This document shows positions 29,448-39,693 of a stretch of DNA of 64,000 bases, in pieces. This DNA comes from a virus (lineage: Duplodnaviria > Caudoviricetes), in IMG/VR virus record IMGVR_UViG_3300037067_005096, positions 32,001-96,000 of that record; one strand, written 5' to 3'. Position 1 is the stretch's first letter, and the number at the start of each line of letters is the position of its first letter. Below the pieces are notes generated by a model, which did no database searches, was not told the origin of the DNA, and saw only the letters and a program-made list of their open reading frames with translations. The position numbers and the translations under genes are program-made.

Positions 29448-30913
29448 GCGAATAAGGCCCTCCAGTCGTGTTCGATAGACGCTGCCAAGCTCAAGTCACG
29501 TTCCAGTGCTCGCATAATCTTCATGTCAATGGTGTTCTTGCAGAGCAGATGGATATATGTGATGTTCTTGGTTTGACCACCCCTATGATTTCGAGCCAGC
29601 ATTTGCTCATACCGCTCAGTGTCATAGCTGTGACTAAAGAATACTATCATATCAGCGAAACGCATGTCAACGCCTTTGGCTCCGACACGTTCTTTCACTA
29701 TAAATGCCAAGTCTTCAGCAGCCGCTTGAATCATCTTGTGTCGAGCTTCTGCCCCCTTTACAGAACCATTCAGTACCTTTGGTGTGAACCCGAAACGTTT
29801 ACGAATAGCGGCTGCAATGATTCGTTCCTCCTCATCAAATTGAGTGACAATAACTGTGGGGGAATCTCGCTCTTCCAAGATTTCCATTAGCACGTCCAAC
29901 TTCTCAGTGCTCAATCGCACTGGGTCGGGTTTGATGTCTGGTGTATCTTCGTCTGGGTCGGGGTATACAAATCCACCAGTAATCTGCATCAACTTCCGAA
30001 TTGACGTGAATACATGGTCAGCAGATACAGTTGTTTGGGCATCCAACTCTGCTATGGTCTGCTCCACCAGGTCATCGTAAATCTTCCGTGACTTGGCAGA
30101 CAACTCTATCAGTCGAGTTTCATGCACAGCCGGAGGAAGGTCGAGCACGTCTGATTTCTTCAACATGACAGCGACCTTTGACATCTTACGTACCAGGTCT
30201 CCAAGATTGTGGTAACCCAACACTGCCCCACGAATATATGGATGTGGGATTGCGTACACAGACTTGAACGGTAAGAAGACTGGTGGAAATACCTCATCAC
30301 CACAGGCAAAGTTGATTTGTGCCCATACATCGAGGGGTCGTTTGGTATAAGCTGAACCCGTCATCACAATACGATAAGTACTTCGAGGGGCCAGCTTACG
30401 CCGAAAGAACTTTGAGACTTTCGAGCCAGGAGTTTTGATTGCCGTGCTCTCATCGAGTATGCCAACATCCCATTTCAGGTCTTGCATGGCTGTATCTACC
30501 TTTTCCAGCACACGCACCGTTTCCCCACGCCGTCTTCGTGGTATTCGTTTGTATCCTATCTGCCAAGCAGCTTCATAGTTGACCAGACAAATAACTGGGA
30601 ATCCATCTGCAGCCAATCGTTTGGCTAAGCGCAGTCCGGCTGAACCAGACTCGTGCAAGTCGATGAAAGCTACTGGAGCCGTTCCCCACTCATGCCAGTT
30701 CTCAACCCATACATGTAATGCCGACAATGGAGCGGCAACATATATAAGTCTGGCATGATGCTTGCGAAATAGATGCTCCAAGAGGTGGATTGCAACACGG
30801 GTCTTGCCCGTGCCCATTTCCATATAGAGGCAAACACCCTTACCTCTGTCTACTCGTTTGACAGCGAAACCCAGGGCTTCTGCCTGTTTTTTCCACATCG
30901 GGGGTCTCTTCAT
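29444..30913 (-). CDS. SNF2-family helicase
   Basis: EMGTGKT, LDESTAIK, MTGS, Q..AR.HR.GQ. Confidence 0.9.
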   Translation of the reverse strand: MKRPPMWKKQAEALGFAVKRVDRGKGVCLYMEMGTGKTRVAIHLLEHLFRKHHARLIYVAAPLSALHVWVENWHEWGTAPVAFIDLHESGSAGLRLAKRLAADGFPVICLVNYEAAWQIGYKRIPRRRRGETVRVLEKVDTAMQDLKWDVGILDESTAIKTPGSKVSKFFRRKLAPRSTYRIVMTGSAYTKRPLDVWAQINFACGDEVFPPVFLPFKSVYAIPHPYIRGAVLGYHNLGDLVRKMSKVAVMLKKSDVLDLPPAVHETRLIELSAKSRKIYDDLVEQTIAELDAQTTVSADHVFTSIRKLMQITGGFVYPDPDEDTPDIKPDPVRLSTEKLDVLMEILEERDSPTVIVTQFDEEERIIAAAIRKRFGFTPKVLNGSVKGAEARHKMIQAAAEDLAFIVKERVGAKGVDMRFADMIVFFSHSYDTERYEQMLARNHRGGQTKNITYIHLLCKNTIDMKIMRALERDLSLAASIEHDWRALFA

Positions 30914-30919
30914 ACTTGA

Positions 30920-30966
30920 AGTATAACATACCCGGACAGAACCAGCAACCCAGTATAATTACCGGT
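30920..30966 (-). promoter_or_regulatory. palindrome plus promoter of the SNF2 helicase (leaderless start)
   Basis: ACCGGTA-ATTA-TACTGGG, then TTGCTG-N17-TATACT-N6-ATG. Confidence 0.7.
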
Positions 30967-31070
30967 TTTCGTGCGTGGACGGAAGAAGCTCTTGCTATTT
31001 TTGGCGATGTCCAGGTATAATACCTGTAGCACTTTTCTCTGCCCTGAGCAGATTTGAGGTATAACCATAT

Positions 31071-33869
31071 ATGAAGACTTCGACCGATGCAACGCATGCG
31101 GTTGAGTTTCTGCGTTGGATGTTTGGTGACCAACCTGACGGTTACATCTACATCTTACGGAGCCGTCCTAGCTCTGACCCAGTAGAAGCTCGACAAGGAA
31201 AGCCAGACCTGAACCCGGCAACCTTTTCAACACCTGAGAAGGTTGACTCCCACTGGTGGAACGAACAAGGACATCATTGGACAATGATGTTCTCAACAGC
31301 GACCGTCAAGACTCCAGTCAATCGGCAAGCTGAAAAGCCTAAGAGCAAGAACAATGCTATCCCAAACACGGTATCTATTCCGGCGTTGTGGTGTGACATT
31401 GACGGGTGTAAGAAAGCTGGTATTCCGGCTGATGAGTTCTACTCAGATATTCGGAACTCAGAAGAAGCCTCTGCGTGGGTGCAATCATCGGAACGTGGAT
31501 TACAAGCATACTTCAAACTGCCAGAACCATACGAAGCCAATGGGGATAAAGACCGCTTTGCCGAAGACTTAGCGGGCTTACTCTATGATATGGCTCTGTA
31601 CTACGGCGGAGACTGCAAGGTTGTTCGTTTAGGTGGACTCATGCGTCTACCTGGGTCACTGAACATCAAACCAGAGTACAAGGGCAGTTATGTGATGGCC
31701 CGCACTCTGACCACGAATGACACAACATTCACACTACGAGAACTGAAAGAGCGATTCCAGCCTGACCCAGACATTGTTCCACGGGTGGTTGGCTATGCCT
31801 GTATTCGTGCGCTGTCCAATATCTGGCAAGAGGGCGAGCGGCACGAGATTATGCTGCGTTTTATCGGTTCTGTTCGTAGGCACGGCATCAACAAAGAAGC
31901 CTGCAAACGGGTATGCCGAGAAGTGCAGAACTACTTCCGGGATGAAGACCGCACTGGTGACATCGACTCGACTTATGATAAGCCATTCAACGAGATTATG
32001 ACTCTGCACACTGATTATCGCAGTGTTGCAGAGGATGTAGCAAAGGCTATCGAGTTTTGGGTCGAACTGAAGAAAGAGTATTGCAAAAAGCGTGGGTTTG
32101 ACTTTTTCCCGGAGAATGTAGACCCCACACAACCAGTAATCAGTGATGACGATTTCTTCGAGAAAGGAAATGAAACCTGGTTTCACGGGCCAGATACAGA
32201 TAAACAGTTCTGTAACTTCGTTATCAGACTCAAAGGAAGAGTCATCAAAGCAGACACCAAAGCCTCAGCTTGGGTAGCTGATGTCTACACACTCGGTGAG
32301 CCTGCAACACGTATAGAAATATCAACTGCCGACCACTCCCAGTGGCAGCGATTCCTACTCAAGCCGGGAATGCCAGTAGGATTGTCTGTTCAGGAACCGA
32401 AGTTGTGGGCACATTATATCGCGTTTCTGCAGCGTAATTGCCCTAACATGGTCATCAAAGAAACCCTTTACTACGGCTGGTTGGACACAGAAGAAGACCG
32501 ACCAACGTTAGTGCTGCCCCACGTAGAGCATGACAGCTATATATGGTCACCCAATCGAGAAGATACGGCTGTCTCACCAACCGTATTCACGCAAGAGATT
32601 TCCTATGACCAGGTTCGAGAATACTTACGTGACTTTATCAAGTACTATGCCAACTACCATGAGCCAAAATACATCTGGCCTGCATTAGGATGGTTTGCTG
32701 CTTGCTCAGTGAAAGGCTTGATACATCCACAGTTGAATGGTTTTCCAGTTCTTGTAGTGAATGGTTTGCATAACTCTGGAAAGAGCTATCTCATTGAGGA
32801 TGTTCTTGCTGTTCACTACGGATGCCAAAACATTGTGAGCTTCCAGGGGTCTACATCCTTTGCATTCCGCACAAAGCTGGAAGCCAACAACATCTGTCCA
32901 CTGATTATCGGTGAGTTCCGAACAGAGGCTAGGAACGATAAAGATAGAGGCAAGGTCAATGACCTCCTAGACCTCATTCGAGTTTCTTACGATAAATACA
33001 CTGTTGCCAGAGGGCAATCGTCATCAAAGCAACTAACCAGTGCGGACTTGCAGACTCCCTGGTGTTTGGTGGGTGAACACCAATTCCAGGATACAGCTAC
33101 TATTGAACGCAGCATTATCTTGACCTTTGACCGTAAACGAGTCAATGAGATTGAGAAAATGCCTCTTGAAGAGCAGCGTCTTTTGATACAGCAACACCGC
33201 TGGCTGCAGAGTCACAAGCATCGTGGTTGGCTGGGAGCCATACTGGTACAGTGGGCAGGCAAGCATATCGAAGACGTGCAGAGCATAGCTGATGGGTCGA
33301 AGAGCTTGGTAGATAAGGGGTGTCCATCGGCTCAGAATCGTAAACGAGTAGGAGTGGCATGCCCGGCAACAGGTCTGATAATGCTGTCTCGTATCTACAA
33401 GGAGTACGACTTGGATTGGCCGTTAGGAAAGAATGAGACTATGAACATACTCTATGAAGGCGATGCTTCCTTACAGGTCGGACACGACCATGACACTATC
33501 ACTCTTCGATACTTGTTTGAGGTTACTGATAGTGTCATAGTTGAAGGTCACAGAACTGGACGCCCACATGAGGGTAGCTTGTATGTCTATGACCTCGATG
33601 ACAGCAAATACATCTACGTGGATATGACCCGGTGGTTCCGGCTAATTAGACCGTTGATTAGCTCGTCAGACGCCGCAAGCCTGACGGACAAGAACGCATT
33701 CGCCAATTTGATACAAAACCATCAACGCCAGGAGGACTCTCCCTTTATCGAATTCCTGAATGACCACGCTGTCTTGGGGAATTGTGTTAAACTAGACCTA
33801 GAACGAGTTCGAGCCTTTGGCGTGAATGTGGCTCAATGGAAGGGCATCAATGACTACCAGGACATCTAG
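31071..33869 (+). CDS. RepB-like primase/polymerase with PriCT and C-terminal P-loop domain
   Basis: ALWCDID, SERGLQAYF, MRLPGSLNIK, EGERH, GLHNSGKS. Confidence 0.8.
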   Translation: MKTSTDATHAVEFLRWMFGDQPDGYIYILRSRPSSDPVEARQGKPDLNPATFSTPEKVDSHWWNEQGHHWTMMFSTATVKTPVNRQAEKPKSKNNAIPNTVSIPALWCDIDGCKKAGIPADEFYSDIRNSEEASAWVQSSERGLQAYFKLPEPYEANGDKDRFAEDLAGLLYDMALYYGGDCKVVRLGGLMRLPGSLNIKPEYKGSYVMARTLTTNDTTFTLRELKERFQPDPDIVPRVVGYACIRALSNIWQEGERHEIMLRFIGSVRRHGINKEACKRVCREVQNYFRDEDRTGDIDSTYDKPFNEIMTLHTDYRSVAEDVAKAIEFWVELKKEYCKKRGFDFFPENVDPTQPVISDDDFFEKGNETWFHGPDTDKQFCNFVIRLKGRVIKADTKASAWVADVYTLGEPATRIEISTADHSQWQRFLLKPGMPVGLSVQEPKLWAHYIAFLQRNCPNMVIKETLYYGWLDTEEDRPTLVLPHVEHDSYIWSPNREDTAVSPTVFTQEISYDQVREYLRDFIKYYANYHEPKYIWPALGWFAACSVKGLIHPQLNGFPVLVVNGLHNSGKSYLIEDVLAVHYGCQNIVSFQGSTSFAFRTKLEANNICPLIIGEFRTEARNDKDRGKVNDLLDLIRVSYDKYTVARGQSSSKQLTSADLQTPWCLVGEHQFQDTATIERSIILTFDRKRVNEIEKMPLEEQRLLIQQHRWLQSHKHRGWLGAILVQWAGKHIEDVQSIADGSKSLVDKGCPSAQNRKRVGVACPATGLIMLSRIYKEYDLDWPLGKNETMNILYEGDASLQVGHDHDTITLRYLFEVTDSVIVEGHRTGRPHEGSLYVYDLDDSKYIYVDMTRWFRLIRPLISSSDAASLTDKNAFANLIQNHQRQEDSPFIEFLNDHAVLGNCVKLDLERVRAFGVNVAQWKGINDYQDI

Positions 33870-34476
33870 CAAGAAGACACCCAAACCAAAAGTAGGCTCT
33901 ACAGGTATTCCAGTATCAGAACAGCAAGAGTCTGACGAATGGAATGGATACCCAACGCCATCTGTTGATGTCAACCGACCAAAGAGCAAAGAAGAAATTC
34001 TATGGTCTGAGTACTCTATCCAACCAAATCTTCCTATAAGAAGCAAAGTCGAACAATTGATGCTGCTATGGAGATTGCCCGCTGGAGCCATAGCAAGTCT
34101 CATGGATTTGTCTTTGAGCGTGGTTCAGGAAGAGATAGATGCTCTTAACAAGGAGTGGGCAGAACTTGGAAAGCCGCTTGATGAGGAATCACGACAAGTA
34201 GTTCGAGGTCGAATGATAGTGGAACTGACTAAGCTCAAAGCCGACCTTGAAACTGCCAATGCTGGAAATCCAGACCCACGTTTGCTAACCCTCAAACTCC
34301 AGGTCATTGAGAAGCTGACAAAACTGCAGGGACTCGACCTTGACCGGAAGAATCCGTCAATCGAGGAAGAGTCGATGAATCCTGTAGAAGATGCTATTGA
34401 CGCCCTGGGAGAAGAACGGAGAGCCGAACTATTGGCTCGTCTGAAGAAGACCGCCCCTACACCGACAACAGATTAG
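33850..34476 (+). CDS. HTH protein, possibly terminase small subunit
   Basis: AIASLMDLSLSVVQE HTH; IEKLTKLQGLD resembles the 'KLLGLD' motif of TerS-like proteins. Confidence 0.4.
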   Translation: MTTRTSSKKTPKPKVGSTGIPVSEQQESDEWNGYPTPSVDVNRPKSKEEILWSEYSIQPNLPIRSKVEQLMLLWRLPAGAIASLMDLSLSVVQEEIDALNKEWAELGKPLDEESRQVVRGRMIVELTKLKADLETANAGNPDPRLLTLKLQVIEKLTKLQGLDLDRKNPSIEEESMNPVEDAIDALGEERRAELLARLKKTAPTPTTD

Positions 34477-34853
34477 TCTTCGTCTCCTGGCACAGTTTCT
34501 ATACGAGGAGCAAATCCAACAGTCATACCCTGGGGCATATTCTGCTGCATACTCTGGCGTTGAAATTCCTGAAACTCCTGGATGATGTCGGCTTCGACCT
34601 CACGCACAGTATCCAAGAAGGCAGTCAAGGCCGTAATTGCGCTTCCGATTCGAGCCGAAGTGCCTTCGTCACCAGCCAATGCAAGGAACTTCTTGTTCTG
34701 CTCCATTGCCTCTATGCCCGCTTTGAGACCGGCTTTGTAGAAGAAGATAGCCGAATCATTGGGCACTTCTATCTCGACGTAACGGGGAGCCGGTTCAAAC
34801 TTCGTAGCTTCGATAGGTTGCTGTTCTGCACCTTTATCTAGTTGATTGTCCAC
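34473..34853 (-). CDS. hypothetical protein
   Basis: ORF with GAGGAGG RBS. Confidence 0.55.
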   Translation of the reverse strand: MDNQLDKGAEQQPIEATKFEPAPRYVEIEVPNDSAIFFYKAGLKAGIEAMEQNKKFLALAGDEGTSARIGSAITALTAFLDTVREVEADIIQEFQEFQRQSMQQNMPQGMTVGFAPRIETVPGDED

Positions 34854-35223
34854 CTGAAAGCCTCCTCATCGTTGTATCCAGAATCCCACACAGATACTTA
34901 TGTGTCCATAGAATGCTGGCTTTTGACGGCAACACCAGCATCTCAAAGACAGCATTGTCGAAATCCACCCATATACTGTTATAGCAACTCAAATCGAGTG
35001 CCAAAGAGGTAAGGTTCAAGAGAATCTTGAAAGCACTCTGCCTTGACCGTGCATCACCAAATTGCTCAAGATTCTCTCTCACCTGCTGAAGCAGAGAGAT
35101 GTAGTGTTGCTGGTACTTGCTTTGCCGAATACCTTGCAACTCTGTGTAGCTTATAGGCTGGTTGCTTGTCCAGAATGGAAATGGTATGTCCCGTAACACT
35201 GTTCCACCTCTCCGTGTGCTCAA
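34834..35223 (-). CDS. hypothetical protein
   Basis: ORF in operon context. Confidence 0.45.
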   Translation of the reverse strand: MSTRRGGTVLRDIPFPFWTSNQPISYTELQGIRQSKYQQHYISLLQQVRENLEQFGDARSRQSAFKILLNLTSLALDLSCYNSIWVDFDNAVFEMLVLPSKASILWTHKYLCGILDTTMRRLSGGQSTR

Positions 35224-35225
35224 TC

Positions 35226-35492
35226 CTAAGAAGACTTGTAGGTCATGGCCTGGTCAACGCCCATCGCCGTAGCCCATATCACAACTGCATTGAATATCGA
35301 GACCAACGCCGCACCCGGCGATGACCAGCTACCAATGACCGCTGCAATGGCTAGGGAGATGATGAACGCCACAAGCTGGGTGATACGTCCAGTTACAGAA
35401 GGTATGATGGCTTTGAGAACCATCGTTATCAGCGTAACTGCCAACGCAGCCCCACCAACCGTCTTCAACATTTCCACGGTAAACCAGTTCAT
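35226..35492 (-). CDS. holin-like membrane protein
   Basis: 88 aa with about three hydrophobic helices; GGAGG RBS. Confidence 0.5.
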   Translation of the reverse strand: MNWFTVEMLKTVGGAALAVTLITMVLKAIIPSVTGRITQLVAFIISLAIAAVIGSWSSPGAALVSIFNAVVIWATAMGVDQAMTYKSS

Positions 35493-35546
35493 ATATGACC
35501 TCCTCTCATGAGTTTGACAGTGCAATTCCGGCTGCACGGTAGACAA

Positions 35547-35795
35547 TCAATGGTCGGAGACCGTATCGCACGTCAACTTCATATCTTTCCACCATTTCAC
35601 CCAATTCCTCACGTTAATGGCGGCTAATACTACAACGCCTGGAACCAAACCATATTGCTTGGTCACCACGGCATAGAATACCCATGCAAGCTGCACTCCT
35701 ACGCCAGTGATAGGCCCCCAGATGGACTTGTTACCCATCAAGTAGAGGTTCAACACCAACAAGGCTGATAGAAGCCATTGCATCAAGCTATTCAT
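35547..35795 (-). CDS. small membrane protein (PnuC-like)
   Basis: LYLMGNKSIWG..QLAWVFYAVVTKQYG..NWVKW. Confidence 0.5.
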   Translation of the reverse strand: MNSLMQWLLSALLVLNLYLMGNKSIWGPITGVGVQLAWVFYAVVTKQYGLVPGVVVLAAINVRNWVKWWKDMKLTCDTVSDH

Positions 35796-36375
35796 AGCGA
35801 AACCCCACTATTTCAGAGGTGTCACATACGGTCTCTGCCCCATCCAAGTAAAACTGATGTGCTAAAATGCGGTCGAGTTGTGCTCGATAAATCGGGTTGG
35901 GGCAACAAACCAGTATGATTCCACCCCGTCGAATTGCATACTTAGCTAACTGTATACCACCCACAACAGCATCCTCGTTGAACGAAGATAAGATGGTCAC
36001 TGGTGATTGAACAACAATGAGGTTGGCACTACGTTTGTCTATGAGCTTGTCTGCCTGGTGTAGTGGTGATACTATGGGGATTACTCGATTGGCAACCTTG
36101 AAATGTCGGAGAGATTCGAGGAGCATCATAATACTGCCCTCTTTGTATGGATTCTCCGACAAAGGGTTGGTGATATGTGAATCCACGGCAAGAATAGCTG
36201 CGTCTCCACGTTTCACGGTCTGCAGGGCCAATGCCATCACCACTGTTGACCGACCACTGCCACAATTCAAATCGAGAATTACACCGTTAGACGGTATCTC
36301 TGTGGCAAATTTAGCCAACAACTCGCAGGCGTTCCCAGATAATGTACCTTGAGTCCAACTCAGCACGTTGTTCAT
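35788..36375 (-). CDS. class I SAM methyltransferase (Methyltransf_24-like, divergent)
   Basis: ILDLNCGSGRST, ILAVDSH, IRRGGIIL. Confidence 0.65.
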   Translation of the reverse strand: MNNVLSWTQGTLSGNACELLAKFATEIPSNGVILDLNCGSGRSTVVMALALQTVKRGDAAILAVDSHITNPLSENPYKEGSIMMLLESLRHFKVANRVIPIVSPLHQADKLIDKRSANLIVVQSPVTILSSFNEDAVVGGIQLAKYAIRRGGIILVCCPNPIYRAQLDRILAHQFYLDGAETVCDTSEIVGFRYE

Positions 36376-36411
36376 ATCTCTATTCTACCTCATACAGCAG
36401 CAAAACGCAAG

Positions 36412-38481
36412 CTAATCTTCTTCGAGAGAAGCCGTCTTCCGTGAAACTTCAGGAGAGGGCATATCGGCTTCTGTTCGCCCTTTGGGTGTGTAGCTTTTGT
36501 CAATCCTTGCCTTTTGCCCACGACTATCCAGACTATCCGTTATTCTGATACCGGGCAAAGCACCAACAATACGTCGTCCATAGGACTTGTTAGTTGCCCT
36601 ACTATCTAGGAATGCAAACAATCCGGTGTCTGTGGTAGTACGAATGAGACGCCCAAAACTCTGCCGTACATCAAATAGCATCGTTGGCATAGACAGCATA
36701 TTGAAGCTATCGCCTCCGGCATCGTCTATCAGGTCACACTTCGCCTTGAACATCGGGTCAGTCGGAACCTGAAATGGTGCTTTAGTAAGCACGACGCACG
36801 ACAAGGCTTCTCCTGGTATGTCCACACCAGTGAAGAATGACCTTGTAGCAAACAAGCAGCTTTCAACGTCAGCTTTGAACATCTCAATCAATACTGCTTT
36901 CGATGCTTGTCCTTGTAAGAAGCACCGATGAGGTACTCGCGTAGAGACATACTCGTGACAGTAGCGCATGTGCGAGTTATTGGTAAACAGCACCAATGCC
37001 CGGCCCCGGCTGTGTATCAAGACTTGTCCGATTTCTTCTGCCAGGCATTTCAAGTATGATGACTCTCGATTATCTGGTAGATGTGTTGGGAAGTACCCAG
37101 TCACATTGTCCTCGAAATTGAATGGGCTGGCTCCTACGAACTCTAAGACCCCATCAGGAATGCCCAATTCCCGGCGCATAAAGCCGAAAGAGGGGCCTAT
37201 ACGCATTGTGGCGGACATGAACACGGTTGTGGGAATTGTGTCGTACACAAGCGATTTCATAAGCGGAGCCACATTGATAGGCTTCAAGTTGAGAATCCCA
37301 TGCTGTTCCCGCCGAGAAGAGTACCCAGTCTCCAAAAAGACCAGCCAGTTATCTTTGTAGGCTTCATCTAGGTTATCACCATACACTCCATTCAGGCCGG
37401 ATACGAGCTTTGATAGCTTCTCTTTACAAGCTCGAATGACAACCGTTTGAGGATGGGCTTCTTCCTTGACTATGTAGTCGGAAAGCTCCTTGCTCAATCT
37501 TCGGAGTTCGCCAACCATCACCTGGGAATGCTCTTTCGATTCCTCTACAATGGCCGGAGGAATTTGTTTAAGCGCAATGCTTTGACCCAGCACCGGCTGA
37601 AATGGTGCGAATATCCTATCCTCTATCTCTCGATACCGGCCAAGATAGCCTTTTGTGAAGTGGTTGATTCCGACCTTATCCAGCATCCGGTTAATGAGCT
37701 TGATTGTGCTGGAAACTGTTCTGGGTTTCAGCGTTGTGCCCCATGTGTCTTGAGCCTTTGACGCAAACACGTGAGCCTCATCTACTATCAACACATCGTA
37801 GTGACCGAGAATAGAGCCTGCTTCTGACGCCACATCAAGAAGCACCAGAGTATGATTGGCAACGATTATCTGAGATGCCAGGAATCGGCATGCCGCAGCA
37901 TATACAAAGCAGTCACTAAACCCTTTTCGTCCACCACCATAGAATGGACAGGCACTCCGTTCACAATCCTCATCCGCACAAACCTGTTTCCACTCTGCAA
38001 TGTCGAACTCAAACGGGACAGAGGCCATGTCACCTGTATTGACCTTAATCTGTTGTGCCTTAGCCCATTCCATCATACGAGGTGTGCCAGCAAACTCATC
38101 TTCATCCAACTTGGTGCGACATACATAGTTGGTTCTTCCCTTTGCTACGGCATAGCTGAACTCTATCTTAGCAGCCGCACATGCCATTTGCAGCAGGGGA
38201 AGGTCTTTGAGGATATACTGGTCTTGCAGAGTCAGCGTCTCAGTTGAGATAACGACTCGTTTTCCTTCCAGAGCAGCAAGAATAGCTGGAACCAGTACAG
38301 AAAATGACTTGCCGAAACCCGTAGGAGCCTCAGCAATGACATCCGTTTTATCGGCTATCGCCTGCATTATCAGGTCACTGAACTCTGATTGTCCCGCACG
38401 TGGTGTGAAATCTGGCTTCACACGAGCTATCAATCCATCCGGGGCAAAGAAGTCTTTGACCGTATATGTTGCCTCACTCAT
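36412..38481 (-). CDS. DinG/YoaA-family Fe-S helicase
   Basis: EAPTGFGKS, KGRTNYVC, DEAH, MSAT, TGVDIPG, RQSFGRLIR. Confidence 0.92.
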   Translation of the reverse strand: MSEATYTVKDFFAPDGLIARVKPDFTPRAGQSEFSDLIMQAIADKTDVIAEAPTGFGKSFSVLVPAILAALEGKRVVISTETLTLQDQYILKDLPLLQMACAAAKIEFSYAVAKGRTNYVCRTKLDEDEFAGTPRMMEWAKAQQIKVNTGDMASVPFEFDIAEWKQVCADEDCERSACPFYGGGRKGFSDCFVYAAACRFLASQIIVANHTLVLLDVASEAGSILGHYDVLIVDEAHVFASKAQDTWGTTLKPRTVSSTIKLINRMLDKVGINHFTKGYLGRYREIEDRIFAPFQPVLGQSIALKQIPPAIVEESKEHSQVMVGELRRLSKELSDYIVKEEAHPQTVVIRACKEKLSKLVSGLNGVYGDNLDEAYKDNWLVFLETGYSSRREQHGILNLKPINVAPLMKSLVYDTIPTTVFMSATMRIGPSFGFMRRELGIPDGVLEFVGASPFNFEDNVTGYFPTHLPDNRESSYLKCLAEEIGQVLIHSRGRALVLFTNNSHMRYCHEYVSTRVPHRCFLQGQASKAVLIEMFKADVESCLFATRSFFTGVDIPGEALSCVVLTKAPFQVPTDPMFKAKCDLIDDAGGDSFNMLSMPTMLFDVRQSFGRLIRTTTDTGLFAFLDSRATNKSYGRRIVGALPGIRITDSLDSRGQKARIDKSYTPKGRTEADMPSPEVSRKTASLEED

Positions 38482-38487
38482 ACTGGT

Positions 38488-38533
38488 AGTATACCACCTT
38501 TCTACAGTGCTGTCACCTGGTAATACTACCAGG
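38488..38533 (-). promoter_or_regulatory. palindrome with perfect arms plus leaderless promoter of DinG
   Basis: CCTGGTA-GTAT-TACCAGG-N22-TATACT-N6-ATG. Confidence 0.75.
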
Positions 38534-38535
38534 GA

Positions 38536-38979
38536 TTACCGATACCGTCGAATAGACGTTCTATAGATTCTCGGACGCTGGTCACCTGAGTTCTCTGGCT
38601 CCGTCTCGATGTCAAAGAAATAGTCGGTATCAGTATCCGTTAGCTTGCTGACCATAATGCCCTGACGTACAGCCTCGTACAAGAACATCAACTCTCGAAA
38701 GCGGAGGTAGATGATAGTTACGTCGTCACGAGTCAGTATCAAGCGGTTCTCATCCATAACGGAAGACATGACCGTGCCGATGATTTCGTATGTATCCTGG
38801 TCTACCCCGTCAAACGAGAAAATGTGCTCCTCTTTATCCGGTATAGCATCGAACTCGAACTGTAGTTGCGAAGGAGTCAACGCAAGTAGGGCATCATATA
38901 CCCGCTTTTGAAGTGCCGGATAATGCTGGCGTATGGACTTGAACGGGTAGTTTTTGAGTTCACCTTGATACTTAATCAT
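38536..38979 (-). CDS. hypothetical protein
   Basis: ORF abutting thyX. Confidence 0.55.
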   Translation of the reverse strand: MIKYQGELKNYPFKSIRQHYPALQKRVYDALLALTPSQLQFEFDAIPDKEEHIFSFDGVDQDTYEIIGTVMSSVMDENRLILTRDDVTIIYLRFRELMFLYEAVRQGIMVSKLTDTDTDYFFDIETEPENSGDQRPRIYRTSIRRYR

Positions 38980-39609
38980 CTAACTCACCTCGATGTCGTC
39001 AAAGACTACTGGAATCAGGTCTGTTACCTCCTTATGTAATTGTACCATGAGTGCCCGCATGTCAGGATGGGCTGTAAGAGGCGTTCGGAGCTTGAAGATA
39101 TGTCTCCACTCCGTAAAGTTGGTCGATACCACTATCTCGGTCTTGAGACACGTAGGCAGCACAGACCGAGCATCACCAGGTTTGAGTCCCTTTGACAAGA
39201 AGAACTCATAGTGGGCCTGGTCTTCTTCCATTGCCTGTATCCACCGCTGCCAAACCTCAGAATCAGGATGAGTTCTGATATTTCCCGGAGGAACTACTTT
39301 GATACCACGCCCTCCGTAGTTACACCAGCGTGTGCTCTCTTGAGCAAATGACGCAATTCTATGTCTAACCAACTCGTGTGTGATACCACGGTCAGTAACA
39401 AACTCCACCTGTAGATGGCTATGTTCAATCATAGCCGTATGCCCTCTACTTCTGAGCATCTTGATGAAATCGAACTTCGAGTCTTCGGTTATTTTGCCCT
39501 CAGACTTGTAGCATTTCCGTCCAATATACTCCAGACGAGATAGCATCCTATCCACATCTTCCGATGTCTCAGGAAAGAGTATTTGGTATGACGGTCTGAT
39601 TATTTCCAC
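38980..39609 (-). CDS. thyX: flavin-dependent thymidylate synthase
   Basis: GHTAMIEH, HELVRHRIASFAQESTRW, ARSVLP, LRT..AHPDMR. Confidence 0.95.
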   Translation of the reverse strand: MEIIRPSYQILFPETSEDVDRMLSRLEYIGRKCYKSEGKITEDSKFDFIKMLRSRGHTAMIEHSHLQVEFVTDRGITHELVRHRIASFAQESTRWCNYGGRGIKVVPPGNIRTHPDSEVWQRWIQAMEEDQAHYEFFLSKGLKPGDARSVLPTCLKTEIVVSTNFTEWRHIFKLRTPLTAHPDMRALMVQLHKEVTDLIPVVFDDIEVS

Positions 39610-39631
39610 AATGGTCTCCTCTCTAAAGTGG

Positions 39632-39666
39632 TGGGAGGCTTCTTGACAGGCGAAAGAAGCCTCCCA
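39632..39666. terminator. stem-loop between the Gam-like gene and thyX
   Basis: TGGGAGGCTTCTT/AAGAAGCCTCCCA. Confidence 0.5.
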
Positions 39667-39693
39667 TTGGCCGGGGCTGTGCGGGAGTAAACC

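Noticed and set aside
24334-38481. Cas4-like plus DinG as a type IV CRISPR system
   Set aside because: No repeat-spacer array or Cas7/Cas5/Cas6 seen; both families are common phage replication genes.
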